Shown here: positions 17,952 to 26,301 of the stretch, in pieces
Layout of the letters: each line of letters begins with the position of its first letter
Position numbering within the stretch: position 1 is the stretch's first letter
Source: Candidatus Eiseniibacteriota bacterium
Lineage (GTDB): Bacteria > Eisenbacteria > RBG-16-71-46
Assembly: GCA_038231135.1 (NCBI GenBank)
Contig: JBBRLX010000001.1
Location: forward strand, 96,001 to 160,000
Direction of reading: 5' to 3'
Length of the DNA: 64,000 nt
Position numbers and translations under genes: made by a program
The notes under the pieces: model-generated
The model's database searches: none
Seen by the model: only the letters and a program-made list of their open reading frames with translations
Told to the model about the DNA's origin: nothing

Positions 17952-19639
17952 CGATCGTCGCGTTCCAACCCCTGGACGAGGCGCCGCGCACCGCGCGCTG
18001 GATCGCGGTCGCCGCCCTGCTGCTCTACGTGGTGTCGGGCGGCGGGAGGATCGTGGGCAGCGACGAGGTCACGATGCTCGAGTTGTCGCGCGCGCTGCTG
18101 CACGGCGGGGTCGCGGTGCCGGCGGGCGCGACACTCGACGGCGCGGACGGACGGCACTACACGAAGAACGCCGCGGCGCAGGCGGTGCTGGCGCTGCCGC
18201 TCACGGCGGTCGCCGAGGGCGCGGCCGGCGCCGCCGGGCTCGCGCCCGCGCGCCGGCTGCTGGCCGTGCGGTTCGTCGTGTCGTTCTTCAACGCGCTGGT
18301 GACCGCGCTGCTGCTGGCCGCGTTCTACGTGGCGGCGCGCCGGCTGCGCGTGCGGCCCGGCATCGCGCTCGGGGCCACGGCGCTGCTCGGATTCGCGACC
18401 CCGCTGTGGGTCTACTCCAAGAGCTTCATGGCCGAGCCGCTGCAGGGGCTCGGCTTGCTGCTGGCGCTCGCCGGCTGCGCGGGGGTGGGCGACGACGAGT
18501 CCGCCGGCGCCACGGCGCGCCGGTTTCCCGACCGCTCCGCGCGCGCGGCCGGCATCGGCATGTTCCTGGCCGTGTCGGCCAAGCTCAGCATGCTGCCGCT
18601 CGCGCTCGCGATCGGCGCCGTGCTGCCCGGCCGCCGGCCGGCGGCGTGGCGCGCACCGGTCGTGGGCGTGCTGCTGGCGCTCGCGGGCCACGGGCTCTAC
18701 GACTTCGTCCGGTTCGGCACGCCGTTCGAGACCGGCTACGGCGCCCAGGCCACCACCGCCGCGTACACCACGCCGCTGTGGGTCGGCCTCTATGGGCTGT
18801 TGCTGTCGTCGGGCAAGGGTGTGCTGTGGTTCGCGCCCGCGCTGTGGCTCGCGCTGCCGGTGTGGCTCACCCATGCCGGCGCCTCGGAGCTGCTGCCGCC
18901 GTCGCGCGACGCCGAGGTCCGCGTGCGGCGCGGGCTCGCGAGCCGGCTCTCGCGGCTCGACGCCGAGGCGCGCGTGCGCTGGGGGGCGGCGCTCGCGTGG
19001 CTGGCGGCGCTGTGGCTCTACGGGCGGTTCCAGCACTGGGCGGGTGACGGCTCGTTCGGGCCGCGCTACCTGGTGCCGGTGCTGCCGCTCGCGTTCCTGG
19101 TGGTGGCGCTGGTGCTCGAGCGCGGCTCGCGCGGCGCGCGGCGCTGGGCCATCGTGCTCGGCGTCCTGGGGCTGCTCGTGAACCTCGGCGGCGTCGCGAT
19201 CTATTTCGGCGCCCAGATGCGCGAGGCCGGGGATTATCCGTACCAGCTGCCGCTCGAACACCCGCGCTCGCTGAGCGACAGTCACTTCAATCCGCGCTAC
19301 ACACCGATCGTGGGCCACTGGTCGATGCTGGTGCGCAACCTGGGCGAGCACCTGCACGGCCGCGAACCGCGGCTCGGCGTCGGCGTCGCCGCGTCCGCAC
19401 CGGAATCCACCGCCGCGTCCGCGCCGGAATCCAGCGCCGCCACGACCGCCGCCCGGCTCGGCATCGCCGCGGACGATCAGTCGAAATTGCTGCATGCGCT
19501 GGATTTCTGGTGGCTCTACCTGGGCTACGCGGGATTCCCGCGGCTCCCGGTGTGGGCGCTCGCGGGGGTGCTGAAGCTCGCGGGGCTCGTGGCCGCGTGG
19601 CGGGCATGGCGTTCGGCGCGCGCCGAGGCGCCGGCGTGA
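17948..19639 (+). CDS. Polytopic membrane protein, probable GT-C glycosyltransferase
   Basis: Acidic SDE in the first external loop after TM1, WVYSKSFMAEP, GPRYLVPVLP, about ten TM segments. Confidence 0.65.
   Translation: MTIVAFQPLDEAPRTARWIAVAALLLYVVSGGGRIVGSDEVTMLELSRALLHGGVAVPAGATLDGADGRHYTKNAAAQAVLALPLTAVAEGAAGAAGLAPARRLLAVRFVVSFFNALVTALLLAAFYVAARRLRVRPGIALGATALLGFATPLWVYSKSFMAEPLQGLGLLLALAGCAGVGDDESAGATARRFPDRSARAAGIGMFLAVSAKLSMLPLALAIGAVLPGRRPAAWRAPVVGVLLALAGHGLYDFVRFGTPFETGYGAQATTAAYTTPLWVGLYGLLLSSGKGVLWFAPALWLALPVWLTHAGASELLPPSRDAEVRVRRGLASRLSRLDAEARVRWGAALAWLAALWLYGRFQHWAGDGSFGPRYLVPVLPLAFLVVALVLERGSRGARRWAIVLGVLGLLVNLGGVAIYFGAQMREAGDYPYQLPLEHPRSLSDSHFNPRYTPIVGHWSMLVRNLGEHLHGREPRLGVGVAASAPESTAASAPESSAATTAARLGIAADDQSKLLHALDFWWLYLGYAGFPRLPVWALAGVLKLAGLVAAWRAWRSARAEAPA
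19388..19441 (+). repeat. 24-bp in-frame tandem duplication
   Basis: Encodes AASAPEST-AASAPESS-AA. Confidence 0.8.
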
Positions 19640-20598
19640 GCGGCTCCGGCGTGTCGCCCGGTGCGGACCCCGGCGCCGGTGGCCCGGGGGTGCGGACGCT
19701 CACCGTGATCGTGCTCAACTGGAACGGGCTCGCCGATACGCGGGTACTGCTGCCCACGCTCGCGCGCTCGCGCATGCCGCCGGCATGGCGGCTGCGGGTG
19801 ATGGTGGTGGACAACGGCTCCACCGACGGATCGCAGGCGGCGCTCGCGCGCGAGTTCCCGGATGTCGAGCTGGTCGAGAACGGCAGCAACCTGCGGTTCG
19901 CGGGCGGCAACAACGCCGGGTTGCGCCGCGCGCTCGGGCGCGGCGACGATGCGATCATGCTGCTCAACAACGACACCGCGGCCGATCCCGCGATGCTCGA
20001 GCACCTGATCCTCGCGCTGGAGCAGGACCCGGCGGCGGGCGCCGCTGCGCCGCTCACGTATTTCGCGGCGCCGTCGCAGCGGATCTGGTACGGCGGCGGC
20101 CGCTGCATCCCCTGGCTGGGCCACGCATCGCATCGCGGGGTGCGGGCACTCGACCACGGGCAGTACCGGGCGGTCGAGCCGACCGGCTACCTGTCGGGCT
20201 GCGCGCTGCTCGCGCCGCGCGCGGTGTGGGAGCGGGTCGGCCTGCTCGACGAGCGCTACTACATCTACGCCGAGGACTGCGACTGGTGTCTGCGGGCGCG
20301 GGCGGCCGGGTACCTGCTGCTGTTCGTGCCCACGGCGCGGCTGTGGCACAAGGTGTCGGCGGCGTCGGGCGCCGCGAGCCCGTGGAAGATCTACCAGCGC
20401 CTGCGAGCGAACCTCACGATGTTCGCTCGCCATGCGCGCGGCATCGGGCGCGTGACCTGGCTGCCGGCCTTCGTGGTGCAGCAACTGGTGCTCGCGGCGT
20501 GGCTGCTCGCGCGCGGCCGGGCCGCCGCGGCGGCCGCGGTGCCGCGCGCGTTCGCCGACGCGGCGCGCGGCGTCGATCCCGGCCGGGTGCGGCTGTGA
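19636..20598 (+). CDS. Glycosyltransferase family 2 (rhamnosyltransferase-like)
   Basis: VLNWNG, VDNGSTD, AGGNN, LLNND, YAEDCDWC. Confidence 0.9.
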   Translation: MSGSGVSPGADPGAGGPGVRTLTVIVLNWNGLADTRVLLPTLARSRMPPAWRLRVMVVDNGSTDGSQAALAREFPDVELVENGSNLRFAGGNNAGLRRALGRGDDAIMLLNNDTAADPAMLEHLILALEQDPAAGAAAPLTYFAAPSQRIWYGGGRCIPWLGHASHRGVRALDHGQYRAVEPTGYLSGCALLAPRAVWERVGLLDERYYIYAEDCDWCLRARAAGYLLLFVPTARLWHKVSAASGAASPWKIYQRLRANLTMFARHARGIGRVTWLPAFVVQQLVLAAWLLARGRAAAAAAVPRAFADAARGVDPGRVRL

Positions 20599-21446
20599 CC
20601 GCGCTCACGATCCGCGCAGTCAAACCGGTGCGCGCCCCCGGCGAGCCGCCGCTGTTCCTCTACGAGCTGATCGACGCCATGCCCGCCGGCGCGCGCGTGC
20701 TCGACGCGGGCTGTGGCCCGGGATCATGGGACTACGCGCGGCGCCCCGACCTCGACATCTCGGGCTTCGACATCAAGTTCCCGCCGGGGCCGCCGGCGCG
20801 ACGCCCCCACGTGCAGGTGTTCCGCGGCGACATGGCGCGGCTGGCGGTGCGCAGCGGCAGCTACGATCTCACCGTGTGCCACTACGTGCTCGAACACGTC
20901 ACCGAGCTCGTGGCGTGCTGCGACGAGCTCGCGCGCGTGACGCGGCCGGGCGGCACGCTGTACCTGTCGGTCCCGCGGGCGGCGGCGTTCGACGACCGGC
21001 TCTACCGGTTCGCCGGCTATTTCGCGAAGTACGCGCTCGGCAAGTTCCAGAAGCGCATCGAGCATCAGCAGCGATTCGACTTCCTTGAGCTCGCGGAGCT
21101 GTTCTACGCCCGCGGCTTCGAGCTCGCGGCCATGGCGGTCGTGCCGGCGGGGTTCTCGTGGATGAACGACGCCCGCACCAAGCCGCTGCAGCGCCCGTTC
21201 ACGGAGTTCGTCGCGTGGCTGCACCGCACGCTCGGCGTGGACCTGGGTGCCGGCGCGAATTACGTGCTGAGCCTGAGGAAGACCGGCGCCACCGGGCTCA
21301 GGCGCGTGACGCACGTGTGCCGCGAGTGCGGCGAGCATGCGGTGATCGACCCGGTCCTGCCGTGGCCGGAACGCTGGGTGTGCCCGTGGTGCGGCCGCGA
21401 GAACCCGCTGGGCGCGCCGCGCGGACCGGCGGTCCCCGATGCGTGA
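20595..21446 (+). CDS. SAM-dependent methyltransferase with C-terminal zinc ribbon
   Basis: VLDAGCGPG, HYVLEHV, RPGG; CREC...CPWC tail. Confidence 0.8.
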   Translation: MTALTIRAVKPVRAPGEPPLFLYELIDAMPAGARVLDAGCGPGSWDYARRPDLDISGFDIKFPPGPPARRPHVQVFRGDMARLAVRSGSYDLTVCHYVLEHVTELVACCDELARVTRPGGTLYLSVPRAAAFDDRLYRFAGYFAKYALGKFQKRIEHQQRFDFLELAELFYARGFELAAMAVVPAGFSWMNDARTKPLQRPFTEFVAWLHRTLGVDLGAGANYVLSLRKTGATGLRRVTHVCRECGEHAVIDPVLPWPERWVCPWCGRENPLGAPRGPAVPDA

Positions 21447-22896
21447 GCATCTCAAGAAGCTCGGGGCGGAGTCGTTCGTCTACGGCATCGGCCAGGTCGG
21501 CGGCCGCGCCGTGCAGTTGCTGCTGGTGCCGATCCTCACGCGCGCGCTGGCGCCGTCGGCGTTCGGCATCTCGGAGCTGGTGATCGGCTATTCGCAGACC
21601 GCTGTGCTGATCCTGGTCATGGGCATGGACGGGGCGCTGGCGCGGTTCTTCTACCAGCAGCCCGACCGCGAGGCGCGGATCCGCATGGTGTCGTCGTCGT
21701 TGATGTTCCGGCTCGCGTCCGCGTTCACGCTGGCGGCGCTGATCGCGCTGGCTGCGGGGCCTTTGGCCGGCCACCTGATGAGCGGTGAGGCCTACCGCAA
21801 GTACCTGGTGATCGGCGCGATCACGCTGCCGTTCACGCTCACGGTGGTGTTCGGCAACGACGTGCTGCGGGTGACGTTCCAGCCGTGGAAGTTCATCACG
21901 CTCAACATCGCGCAGACCGTGGTGACGACCGCGATCGCGCTGTACTTCGTCCTCGTCCGCCACGCCGGGGTCGTGGGCGTGCTGTACGGCCGGCTCGCCG
22001 GCGACGCGTTCTCGGCGCTGCTCGCGCTCGTGCTGATCCGGCATTCGCTGCGGCCGCGATTCAGCCGGTCCACGCTGCGCATGATGCTCGGTTACGGGCT
22101 GCCCACGATTCCCGCGGCGTTCGCGTTCGGGTTCATGACGGGGCTCGACCGCTACTGGATGCAGCGCACCCGCACGCTCGACGAGGTCGCGGTGTACGCC
22201 GTGGCGCTCAAGTTCTTCGCGGTCGTCACGATCGCCGCCTCGGCGTTCCAGCTGGCGTATGGGCCGTTCGCGTTCGCGCGCGCCGGCCGGGAGGAGGCGC
22301 CGCGGCTGTATGCCCGGGTGTTCGGCGCCTACGTGGCGGTCGCGTCGACGGGCGCCCTGCTGGTGGCGGCGTTCGTGCCCGACGTCCTGCGCGTGCTGGT
22401 GCCGCCGCAATACGCCGGCGCCGCGGTGCCCGCGCTGTGGCTGGCCTTTGCGGCCGTGACGCTCGGAGCCTACACTGTCGCCTCGCTCGGAATCGGACTC
22501 GCGCTCAAGACTCCGCTGCTGGGCTGGTGCAGCGGCGGGGCGCTGGCGGTGGCGGTCGGAGCTCATTCGCTGCTCACGTCGCGCTACGGCGGTCCCGGGG
22601 CGGCGATCGCCACGTTCCTGGGCTACGCGACGACGGCGTTTCTCACCTACCGGGTCGCGCAGCACGTGCATCCGCTGCCCTATCGCGGGGGCCGCGCGGT
22701 TCTGGTGGTGGCGCTGGCGCTCGGGTTCGCGCTCGGGCTGCAGCGGTGGGCGCCGCCGGGAGTGGTGGGAGTGGCGGTGAAGCTGGCAGCGGTGGCGGCA
22801 TTCGCCGCGGTCATGCTGATGCTCAAGATGCATCGGAGTCAGGGGACCGTATCGCCGCGGTGGCGGCCGGCATCTCCGGCGGAACCGCCGGCGTGA
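21439..22896 (+). CDS. Wzx-like oligosaccharide flippase
   Basis: LLLVPILTR, 12-14 TM segments, DRY..VAVYAVALK. Confidence 0.85.
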   Translation: MREHLKKLGAESFVYGIGQVGGRAVQLLLVPILTRALAPSAFGISELVIGYSQTAVLILVMGMDGALARFFYQQPDREARIRMVSSSLMFRLASAFTLAALIALAAGPLAGHLMSGEAYRKYLVIGAITLPFTLTVVFGNDVLRVTFQPWKFITLNIAQTVVTTAIALYFVLVRHAGVVGVLYGRLAGDAFSALLALVLIRHSLRPRFSRSTLRMMLGYGLPTIPAAFAFGFMTGLDRYWMQRTRTLDEVAVYAVALKFFAVVTIAASAFQLAYGPFAFARAGREEAPRLYARVFGAYVAVASTGALLVAAFVPDVLRVLVPPQYAGAAVPALWLAFAAVTLGAYTVASLGIGLALKTPLLGWCSGGALAVAVGAHSLLTSRYGGPGAAIATFLGYATTAFLTYRVAQHVHPLPYRGGRAVLVVALALGFALGLQRWAPPGVVGVAVKLAAVAAFAAVMLMLKMHRSQGTVSPRWRPASPAEPPA

Positions 22897-22941
22897 GCGC
22901 GTCCGGCCGCTGAAGCAGGGAATCTTCGGGAGGCGTCGCCG

Positions 22942-25128
22942 ATGTGCGGGATCGCGGGCGTGATGGTGCAGGACGGACGGGTCGATCTCGGCCGGCTGCG
23001 GCGGATGTCGGAGCTGCTGCGGCACCGCGGGCCCGACGACGAGGGCACGGTGCTGATCGACCCCGCGAGCGGCACCGCGCTGCCGCTCGCCGGCGCCGAC
23101 ACTCCGGAGGCGGTGCTCGCGAGCCGGTTCCCGTTCGCGCCCGGGCGGGGCAAGGGTAATCCCGCGAACGCGCAGTTCCGCGTGGGACTCGTCAATCGCC
23201 GGCTCGCGATCGTCGACCTGTCGCCCGCCGGCCACAACCCGCTGTCGGACGCCGACGCCACCGTGTGGATCACCTACAATGGCGAGGTCTACAACCATAT
23301 CGAGCTGCGGGGCGAGCTGGAGCGGCTGGGGCACACGTTCCAGGGTCACACGGACACCGAGGTGGTGCTCGAGGCCTGGAAGGAGTGGGGTCCCGAGTGT
23401 CTGCCGCGGTTCAACGGCATGTTCGCGTTCGCGATCTGGGATGGCCGCCGCCAGGAGCTGTTCTGCGCCCGTGACCGGTTCGGCGTGAAGCCGTTCTACT
23501 ACCAGTGGGATGGCCGCGACTTCGCGTTCGCGTCCGAGCCCAAGGCGCTCGTGCTCACCCAGACCGGCCCGATCCGGCCGCGGCTCGAAGCGGTGCGCGA
23601 TCTGCTGGCGCTCGACTGGGTGGATCACGAGGCCCGGACGTTCTTCGAGGGCGTGTGGCAGCTGCCGGGCGGTCACTACTTCCACCGCACCCGCGATTCG
23701 GTGCGCCTCGAACGCTGGTGGTCGCTCGACCCCCGGCGCCGCACGCACGGCACCGAGGCGGAGCGCGCCGCGGAGTTCGCGCGGCTGTTCACGAGTGCCG
23801 TCGAGCTGCGGCTGCGCGCGGATGTCGAAGTCGGCTCCTGCCTGTCGGGCGGGCTCGATTCCAGCGCGGTCGTCACCACCGCGTCGCGGCTGGCGGGGCG
23901 CCCGCTCCATGCGTTCACCTGCGCCTACGACGAGGGGCCGGCCTACGACGAGCGCGGCTACGTGCAGGTGGTGTGCGACGCCAGCGGCGCGGTGCCCCAC
24001 GTGGTGATGCCGGCGGGCGATGACTTCTGGCCGGTGTTCGACCGGCTGGCGAGCGGGCAGGACGAGCCGACCGCCGGCCCGGGGCTCTACTCCCAGTGGA
24101 AGGTGATGGAGCTCGCGCATCAGGCCGGCCTCAAGGTGCTGCTCGACGGCCAGGGCGGCGACGAGACGCTGGCGGGCTACTGGCGCTACCTGCCGATCCG
24201 GCTGCGGGACCACCTCACCACCGGCCGGTTCGGCGAGTTCGCCGGCCTGTTCGGCCCGGTGGCGGAGCGGCTCGGTGTCACGACCACGCTCGCGCTCACG
24301 ATGGAGCCGTTCCTGCCGCGCGGCCTGGTCGCGCCGCTCAGGCGGCGCTACGGGCAGGGCAAGGACCGCGTGCTCGGCCCGGCGTTGCGCGCGGCCCACC
24401 TCGGGCCGCCGCCGCAGCTCACCCCCGACTCGGGCTTCCCGACCGCGTTGTCGCGGCAGCTCGCGTTCGACACGCTGCAGCGGCTGCTGCCGTCGCTGCT
24501 GCGCTACGAGGACCGCAACAGCATGGCGTTCTCGATCGAGACGCGGTTGCCGTTCCTCGACTACCGGCTCGTGGAGTTCGTGTTCTCGCTCCCCGACGAA
24601 GACAAGCTCGACGGTGCGACGACCAAGGCGATCGAGCGCCGCGCGCTGCAGGACCGCATCCCGAAGCGCGTGCTCGACCGCACCGACAAGATGGGTTTCG
24701 AGACGCCCACCGATCTATGGCTGCGCGGCCGGCACGCCGACGAGGTGCGGCGGCGGCTGCTGCTCACCGGCCCGCTCCAGGAGTGGATCGACGGGGTCGC
24801 GATGCGCGAACAGCTCGAGGACTACCTGGCGGGCCGGCGAGACATCGGGCTCCAGGTCTGGCGCTGGCTGTCGCTCGACGCGTGGATGCGCGAGTACATC
24901 ACCGGGGATCCGCGCGCGGCCGTGCGGGGGTTGCGCACACCGGCGCCGACCGCGCGGCTGCGCACGGTCGGCGCCCCGCGCTACGTGCGCGTGCGCGAGC
25001 TGTCGAGCGGTGCGCCGGGGATCGGCGCCGTCGTGCCGCAGGCCGGGGTACCGGCCGTGGCCGCGGCGCCCGCGGGGATCCGTTCGCAGGGGGCTTCGGC
25101 TCCCGGCCCGTCCGGCCCGCGTTCCTGA
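22942..25128 (+). CDS. asnB: Asparagine synthase-like glutamine amidotransferase
   Basis: MCGI, HRGPD, NGEVYN, ARDRFGVKP, LSGGLDSS, GQGGDE, RLPFLD. Confidence 0.92.
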   Translation: MCGIAGVMVQDGRVDLGRLRRMSELLRHRGPDDEGTVLIDPASGTALPLAGADTPEAVLASRFPFAPGRGKGNPANAQFRVGLVNRRLAIVDLSPAGHNPLSDADATVWITYNGEVYNHIELRGELERLGHTFQGHTDTEVVLEAWKEWGPECLPRFNGMFAFAIWDGRRQELFCARDRFGVKPFYYQWDGRDFAFASEPKALVLTQTGPIRPRLEAVRDLLALDWVDHEARTFFEGVWQLPGGHYFHRTRDSVRLERWWSLDPRRRTHGTEAERAAEFARLFTSAVELRLRADVEVGSCLSGGLDSSAVVTTASRLAGRPLHAFTCAYDEGPAYDERGYVQVVCDASGAVPHVVMPAGDDFWPVFDRLASGQDEPTAGPGLYSQWKVMELAHQAGLKVLLDGQGGDETLAGYWRYLPIRLRDHLTTGRFGEFAGLFGPVAERLGVTTTLALTMEPFLPRGLVAPLRRRYGQGKDRVLGPALRAAHLGPPPQLTPDSGFPTALSRQLAFDTLQRLLPSLLRYEDRNSMAFSIETRLPFLDYRLVEFVFSLPDEDKLDGATTKAIERRALQDRIPKRVLDRTDKMGFETPTDLWLRGRHADEVRRRLLLTGPLQEWIDGVAMREQLEDYLAGRRDIGLQVWRWLSLDAWMREYITGDPRAAVRGLRTPAPTARLRTVGAPRYVRVRELSSGAPGIGAVVPQAGVPAVAAAPAGIRSQGASAPGPSGPRS

Positions 25129-25140
25129 GGCACGGCACTC

Positions 25141-26265
25141 GTGGACCTCGTGGTGCTCTCCGAGGTCCGCTGGGGATACTTTCGCACCCGCAAGCAATTC
25201 CTGCTGTCGCGGTTCCCCGAATCGTGGCGGATCTTCTTCGCGCAGCCGCCCGGCGGCGGCAGCGACGATCCCTGGACGCCGCGCCGCGAGGGCAACGTCA
25301 CCTGCTTCACGGTGCCGTTCCTCAAGCCCGGCACCCGGAGTCCGATCTACAACGCGGCGATCGCCACGTCCGCCGGCCGCGCGGCGGTGGAGTGGATCGC
25401 GGCCCGGCAGCTCGGCCACCGGCTCAAGGCTCTGGGAGTCGGGCCGTCGCCGGTGGTGGTGGTGTCCAACATCTACGCCGCGGGCGCGCTTTCGCGGCTG
25501 CGCGCGAACCGTGTATTCTACGATTTCAATGACAGTCCGTTTCAGTTCTCCACGTCGCCGGCCTGGGCCGGGACGTACTGGCAGCGCACCCGCAGTCAGG
25601 TGGACCTGTTCTTCGTGGTGTCCGAGTACTATCGCCGCCAGTTGAGTCGCGAGACCGATCGGCCGCTCGTCCTGATCGGCAACGGCGTGGAGTGGGAGCG
25701 GTTCTCGACCCCCCGGCCGGTGCCCGCGGATCTGAGCGGGCTGCCGCGGCCGCTCATCGGCTATGTGGGGCTGCTGTCTCACTTCCTGGATTTCGGTGCG
25801 CTCGAGGCGCTGCGCGAGGCACGGCGTGGAGGCACACTGGTGCTGATCGGCCCCGGCAGTCCCGCCACCGACGCCGCGGTCGCCGAGTTCGGCCGCAAGG
25901 ACGGCGTGCGGGTGCTCGGGCCCCGTGCCTATGATGACGTGCCGGCCTACATGCAGGCGCTCGACGTCGGCGTGATCCCATTCCGCGCCGCCGATCCCCA
26001 CGTGCAGGGCATCAATCCGAACAAGGTGTACCAGTATCTGGCCGCCGGCGTGCCGGTGGTGACCACGCCGATCCTGGATCTGGCGCCGGCGCCGCCCGCG
26101 CTCCAGCACGCACTCAACGCCGCGTCGATGGCGCTCGCCCTGGGGCGCGCGCTCGACGCGCCGCGTGATCGCGACGCATGCCGCGCGCTCGCCCGGCCGC
26201 ACGACTGGTCGGTGCTCGCCGCCCGCATGGTCCAGGCGATCGAACAGCGGCTCGCCGCCGCCTGA
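25141..26265 (+). CDS. GT-B glycosyltransferase (TuaH-like)
   Basis: RKQFL, GNGV, IGYVG, NPNKVYQYLAAGVPVV. Confidence 0.85.
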   Translation: MDLVVLSEVRWGYFRTRKQFLLSRFPESWRIFFAQPPGGGSDDPWTPRREGNVTCFTVPFLKPGTRSPIYNAAIATSAGRAAVEWIAARQLGHRLKALGVGPSPVVVVSNIYAAGALSRLRANRVFYDFNDSPFQFSTSPAWAGTYWQRTRSQVDLFFVVSEYYRRQLSRETDRPLVLIGNGVEWERFSTPRPVPADLSGLPRPLIGYVGLLSHFLDFGALEALREARRGGTLVLIGPGSPATDAAVAEFGRKDGVRVLGPRAYDDVPAYMQALDVGVIPFRAADPHVQGINPNKVYQYLAAGVPVVTTPILDLAPAPPALQHALNAASMALALGRALDAPRDRDACRALARPHDWSVLAARMVQAIEQRLAAA

Positions 26266-26301
26266 CGCGACGTTCCACCTCCACCCGGGAACCTAGATTC
26301 C

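Noticed and set aside
21298..24399. Very long antisense and alternate-frame ORFs (this 1033-aa one and many others)
   Set aside because: Shadow ORFs from high GC and codon bias; Arg/Ala/His-rich, no motifs, opposite well-supported genes
24900..25128. AsnB low-complexity C-terminal tail as an extra domain
   Set aside because: No motif; consistent with stop-codon drift in GC-rich DNA
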